From the sequence record NZ_CP040051.1: a DNA stretch of 64,000 nucleotides. One strand, written 5' to 3'. The notes beneath the pieces were generated by a model. The model ran no database searches. It had not been told where the DNA came from and saw nothing but the letters and a program-made list of their open reading frames with translations. This document shows, one piece after another, positions 60,670 through 64,000 of the stretch. Source of the stretch: a plasmid. The position numbers and the translations under genes were made by a program. Numbering within the stretch: position 1 is the first letter of the stretch; every line of letters begins with the position of its first letter.

Positions 60670-62430
60670 GGTCATGGTATTTTTCATGGCACTGAGCCTG
60701 ATAGTTCTTGCAAATTGTTGTCACTAAAGGGTTTTGTGTGCTTGTTTACAATCGAGTGGGAGTGACGGGCACTGGCTGGCAATGTCTAGCAACGGCAGGC
60801 ATTTCGGCTGAGGGTAAAAGAACTTTCCGCTAAGCGATAGACTGTATGTAAACACAGTATTGCAAGGACGCGGAACATGCCTCATGTGGCGGCCAGGACG
60901 GCCAGCCGGGATCGGGATACTGGTCGTTACCAGAGCCACCGACCCGAGCAAACCCTTCTCTATCAGATCGTTGACGAGTATTACCCGGCATTCGCTGCGC
61001 TTATGGCAGAGCAGGGAAAGGAATTGCCGGGCTATGTGCAACGGGAATTTGAAGAATTTCTCCAATGCGGGCGGCTGGAGCATGGCTTTCTACGGGTTCG
61101 CTGCGAGTCTTGCCACGCCGAGCACCTGGTCGCTTTCAGCTGTAAGCGTCGCGGTTTCTGCCCGAGCTGTGGGGCGCGGCGGATGGCCGAAAGTGCCGCC
61201 TTGCTGGTTGATGAAGTACTGCCTGAACAACCCATGCGTCAGTGGGTGTTGAGCTTCCCGTTTCAGCTGCGTTTCCTGTTTGCCAGCCGGCCCGAGATCA
61301 TGGGGTGGGTGCTGGGCATCGTTTACCGCGTCATTGCCACGCACCTGGTCAAGAAAGCGGGCCATACCCACCAAGTGGCCAAGACGGGCGCGGTCACCCT
61401 GATCCAGCGTTTTGGATCGGCGCTCAATCTGAATGTTCACTTCCACATGCTGTTTCTCGACGGTGTGTATGTCGAGCAATCCCACGGCTCAGCGCGTTTC
61501 CGCTGGGTCAAGGCGCCGACCAGCCCAGAGCTCACCCAGCTGACGCACACCATCGCCCACCGGGTGGGTCGCTATCTGGAACGGCAAGGCCTGCTGGAAC
61601 GGGATGTCGAAAACAGCTATCTGGCCTCGGATGCGGTGGATGACGACCCGATGACACCCCTGCTGGGGCACTCGATCACTTACCGTATCGCTGTCGGTTC
61701 ACAGGCGGGGCGAAAGGTGTTCACTTTGCAAACTCTGCCGACCAGTGGTGATCCGTTCGGTGACGGGATTGGCAAGGTAGCCGGGTCCAGCCTGCACGCC
61801 GGCGTGGCGGCCAGGGCCGATGAACGCAAGAAGCTCGAACGGCTGTGCCGGTACATCAGCCGCCCGGCGGTATCCGAGAAGCGGCTGTCGTTAACACGAG
61901 GCGGCAACGTGCGCTACCAGCTCAAGACGCCGTACCGGGACGGCACCACGCACGTCATTTTCGAACCATTGGATTTCATTGCAAGGCTGGCCGCCCTGGT
62001 ACCGAAGCCCAGAGTCAACCTAACCCGCTTCCACGGGGTGTTCGCACCCAACAGTCGGCACCGGGCGTTGGTCACGCCGGCAAAACGGGGCAGGGGCAAC
62101 AAGGTCAGGGTGGCTGATGAACCGGCAACACCAGCACAACGGCGAGCGTCGATGACATGGGCGCAACGGCTCAAGCGTGTTTTCAATATCGACATCGAGA
62201 CCTGCAGCGGCTGCGGCGGCGCCATGAAAGTCATCGCCTGCATTGAAGACCCTATAGTGATCAAGCAGATCCTTGATCACCTGAAGCACAAAGCCGAAAC
62301 CAGCGGGACCAGGGCGTTACCCGAAAGCCGGGCGCCACCGGCTGAGCTGCTCCTGGGTCTGTTTGACTGACGAGCCTGAAGGCCAACGATACCAATCAAA
62401 ATGCTGCGTTCACAGCGCCGCGGCAGGGAT
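60670..62430 (+). mobile_element. ISCR2 (IS91-family rolling-circle element)
   Basis: Contains a 497-aa IS91-type transposase; the boundaries are approximate. Confidence 0.75.
60877..62370 (+). CDS. rcr2: ISCR2 rolling-circle transposase (IS91 family)
   Basis: MPHVAARTASRDRDTGRYQSHRPEQTLLYQIVDEYYPAF… with a zinc-binding CESCHAEHLVAFSCKRRGFCPSCG motif. Confidence 0.9.
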   Translation: MPHVAARTASRDRDTGRYQSHRPEQTLLYQIVDEYYPAFAALMAEQGKELPGYVQREFEEFLQCGRLEHGFLRVRCESCHAEHLVAFSCKRRGFCPSCGARRMAESAALLVDEVLPEQPMRQWVLSFPFQLRFLFASRPEIMGWVLGIVYRVIATHLVKKAGHTHQVAKTGAVTLIQRFGSALNLNVHFHMLFLDGVYVEQSHGSARFRWVKAPTSPELTQLTHTIAHRVGRYLERQGLLERDVENSYLASDAVDDDPMTPLLGHSITYRIAVGSQAGRKVFTLQTLPTSGDPFGDGIGKVAGSSLHAGVAARADERKKLERLCRYISRPAVSEKRLSLTRGGNVRYQLKTPYRDGTTHVIFEPLDFIARLAALVPKPRVNLTRFHGVFAPNSRHRALVTPAKRGRGNKVRVADEPATPAQRRASMTWAQRLKRVFNIDIETCSGCGGAMKVIACIEDPIVIKQILDHLKHKAETSGTRALPESRAPPAELLLGLFD

Positions 62431-62545
62431 CCGCCGTGCTGGTTGTCGGAAAAGGAGCCGCTAGTGGGAAAGAGGAGGGTAAATTTTCAGCGTTGCTGGC
62501 TCCCCGTCAGCCGGATTGGGTTGCATCGCAGGGGTGTCGAAAGAG

Positions 62546-62848
62546 TCAACTGCGGTCCAAAGCTGTTGGACTTGGGTGAAAAGGGCGTTTATTCTTCCTA
62601 TACGTTGTCGGCAGCGGGCCAAAAAGGAATACGTCCATGCCCATCGAGGTGAAACCGGCTGTGAGCGCGGGTTCAAGCATATAGCCCGACAGGCGCGTAT
62701 CCTTGCCGATCACGACACGATGGCGGTGGTCACCGCGACGAAAGACACGGCCAGCCGCCATGCCGACGCGCAAGGCGGTTTCCGCCGTCATCGCGCCTTC
62801 GTTGGCTTTGCCACGAATACCGTCTGTGCCGAAATATTTGCGCACCAT
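62546..62848 (-). pseudogene. glmM: Truncated phosphoglucosamine mutase gene (delta-glmM)
   Basis: [29 protein letters not shown]… is the GlmM N-terminus only, in the classic position between sul2 and ISCR2. Confidence 0.8.
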
Positions 62849-62934
62849 AAGGTCGATTATCCTGTCGTCGGGTCGCCCTCAAAGGGGACATGCCTGCTGA
62901 ACCGCGAATATAGAGAAATATCCCGAATGTGCAG

Positions 62935-63750
62935 TTAACGAATTCTTGCGGTTTCTTTCAGCGCCGCCAATACCGCCAGCCCGTCGCGCAAGGGGCGCGG
63001 CTCGTGTGTGCGGATGAAGTCAGCTCCACCTGCGGCGGCGGCAAGCTCTGCAGCGAGTGTCGCGGCCCCGACATCCCCCGGACCACGGCCTGTGAGCGCG
63101 CGCAGAAAGGATTTGCGCGAAACAGACAGAAGCACCGGCAAATCGAAGCGCAGCCGCAATTCATCGAACCGCGCCAGCACCGAGAGCGAGGTTTCGGGAG
63201 CAGCCCCCAGAAAAAACCCCATGCCGGGATCAAGGACAAGGCAGTTGCGTTTGATACCGGCACCCGTCAGCGCCGCGATGCGCGCGTCAAAGAACGCCGC
63301 AATGTGATCCATGATGTCGCCAGCGGGTGCCTCGCGCCGATCTGCCTGCCCGTCTTGCACCGAATGCATAACGACGAGTTTGGCAGATGATTTCGCCAAT
63401 TGCGGATAGAACGCAGCGTCTGGAAAACCGCGAATATCATTGAGATAGGCCACACCACGCGACAAGGCATAGGCTTGCGTCGCGGGTTGATAACTGTCGA
63501 GCGAGACGGGAATGCCATCTGCCTTGAGCGCGTCCAGCACCGGCGCGATACGCGCGATTTCTGTGTCGGACGAAACAGGCGCGGCGTCGGGATTGCTGGA
63601 TGCCGGACCGAGGTCGATCACATCTGCCCCCTCGGCCATCAGCTTACGCGCCTGCGCAATGGCTGCGTCTGGCGCCAGATACCGGCCTCCATCGGAGAAA
63701 CTGTCCGAGGTTATGTTGACGATGCCGAAAATGATGAGCGATTTATTCAT
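62935..63750 (-). CDS. sul2: Sulfonamide-resistant dihydropteroate synthase Sul2
   Basis: 271 aa; MNKSLIIFGIVNITSDSFSDGGRYLAPDAAIAQARKLMAEGADVIDLG… matches Sul2. Confidence 0.95.
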   Translation of the reverse strand: MNKSLIIFGIVNITSDSFSDGGRYLAPDAAIAQARKLMAEGADVIDLGPASSNPDAAPVSSDTEIARIAPVLDALKADGIPVSLDSYQPATQAYALSRGVAYLNDIRGFPDAAFYPQLAKSSAKLVVMHSVQDGQADRREAPAGDIMDHIAAFFDARIAALTGAGIKRNCLVLDPGMGFFLGAAPETSLSVLARFDELRLRFDLPVLLSVSRKSFLRALTGRGPGDVGAATLAAELAAAAGGADFIRTHEPRPLRDGLAVLAALKETARIR

Positions 63751-64000
63751 GGGGGCTTCTATAATAATAATAATCGAGCATGAGTCTCATACGGATGCTC
63801 GGGTCGAAAGGGAATCCCCAGGCGAGTAACCTGTTTGCGGTGATCCATTAGCTGCAGGAGCAGAATAGCATACATCTGGAAGCAAAGCCAGGAAAGCGGC
63901 CTATGGAGCTGTGCGGCAGCGCTCAGTAGGCAATTTTTCAAAATATTGTTAAGCCTTTTCTGAGCATGGTATTTTTCATGGTATTACCAATTAGCAGGAA

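Noticed and set aside
60990-63400. Many overlapping 60-150-aa ORFs in the GC-rich strAB/ISCR2/sul2 region, for example 61090..61485, 61914..62264, 62958..63263 and 63008..63307
   Set aside because: High GC content gives long stop-free stretches. The real genes here (rcr2, delta-glmM, sul2) are identified by sequence identity to well-known proteins.

Overview
This is a mosaic accessory region: AT-rich (~30% GC) blocks of unknown genes alternate with higher-GC cargo modules, joined by several mobile elements. The combination of IS1006/IS1008-like IS6 elements, a CYP153 cluster and a BrxR-type BREX locus suggests an Acinetobacter-like plasmid or genomic island. From left to right the window holds: (1) unknown genes, including a minus-strand operon with three paralogous small 2-TM proteins. 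(2) An IS6-family (IS1006-like) element abutting fragments of a Tn5393-like Tn3-family transposon and an IS21 istB remnant. (3) An AraC-ferredoxin-CYP153-ferredoxin reductase alkane hydroxylase cluster. (4) A degenerate IS5-family remnant. (5) A TetR-controlled hydrolase/BtrH-like/double PaaI-thioesterase cluster. (6) An intact but cargo-less Tn5393-like transposon (tnpA-res-tnpR, 38-bp IRs) inserted next to a resolvase gene remnant. (7) A defence island with an HNH endonuclease, an AAA(DUF4143) ATPase, a degenerate second HNH cassette, a DUF4236 protein and a complete type I BREX system (brxR-brxA-brxB-brxC-pglX-[GmrSD/BrxU-like type IV enzyme]-pglZ-brxL); pglX carries an early frameshift. 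(8) A second IS6 element (IS1008-like), a 500-bp exact repeat of region 1744-2244, an IS903-group transposase fragment and the frmR-frmA formaldehyde detoxification operon. (9) A third IS6 copy whose transposase is frameshifted. (10) A 15-kb AT-rich plasmid-backbone-like block with a Toprim primase, a VirB1-like lytic transglycosylase, a topoisomerase III and many unknowns. (11) A resistance region: strA-strB with a Tn5393 IR, ISCR2, a truncated glmM and sul2. No rRNA, tRNA or CRISPR arrays were recognised.
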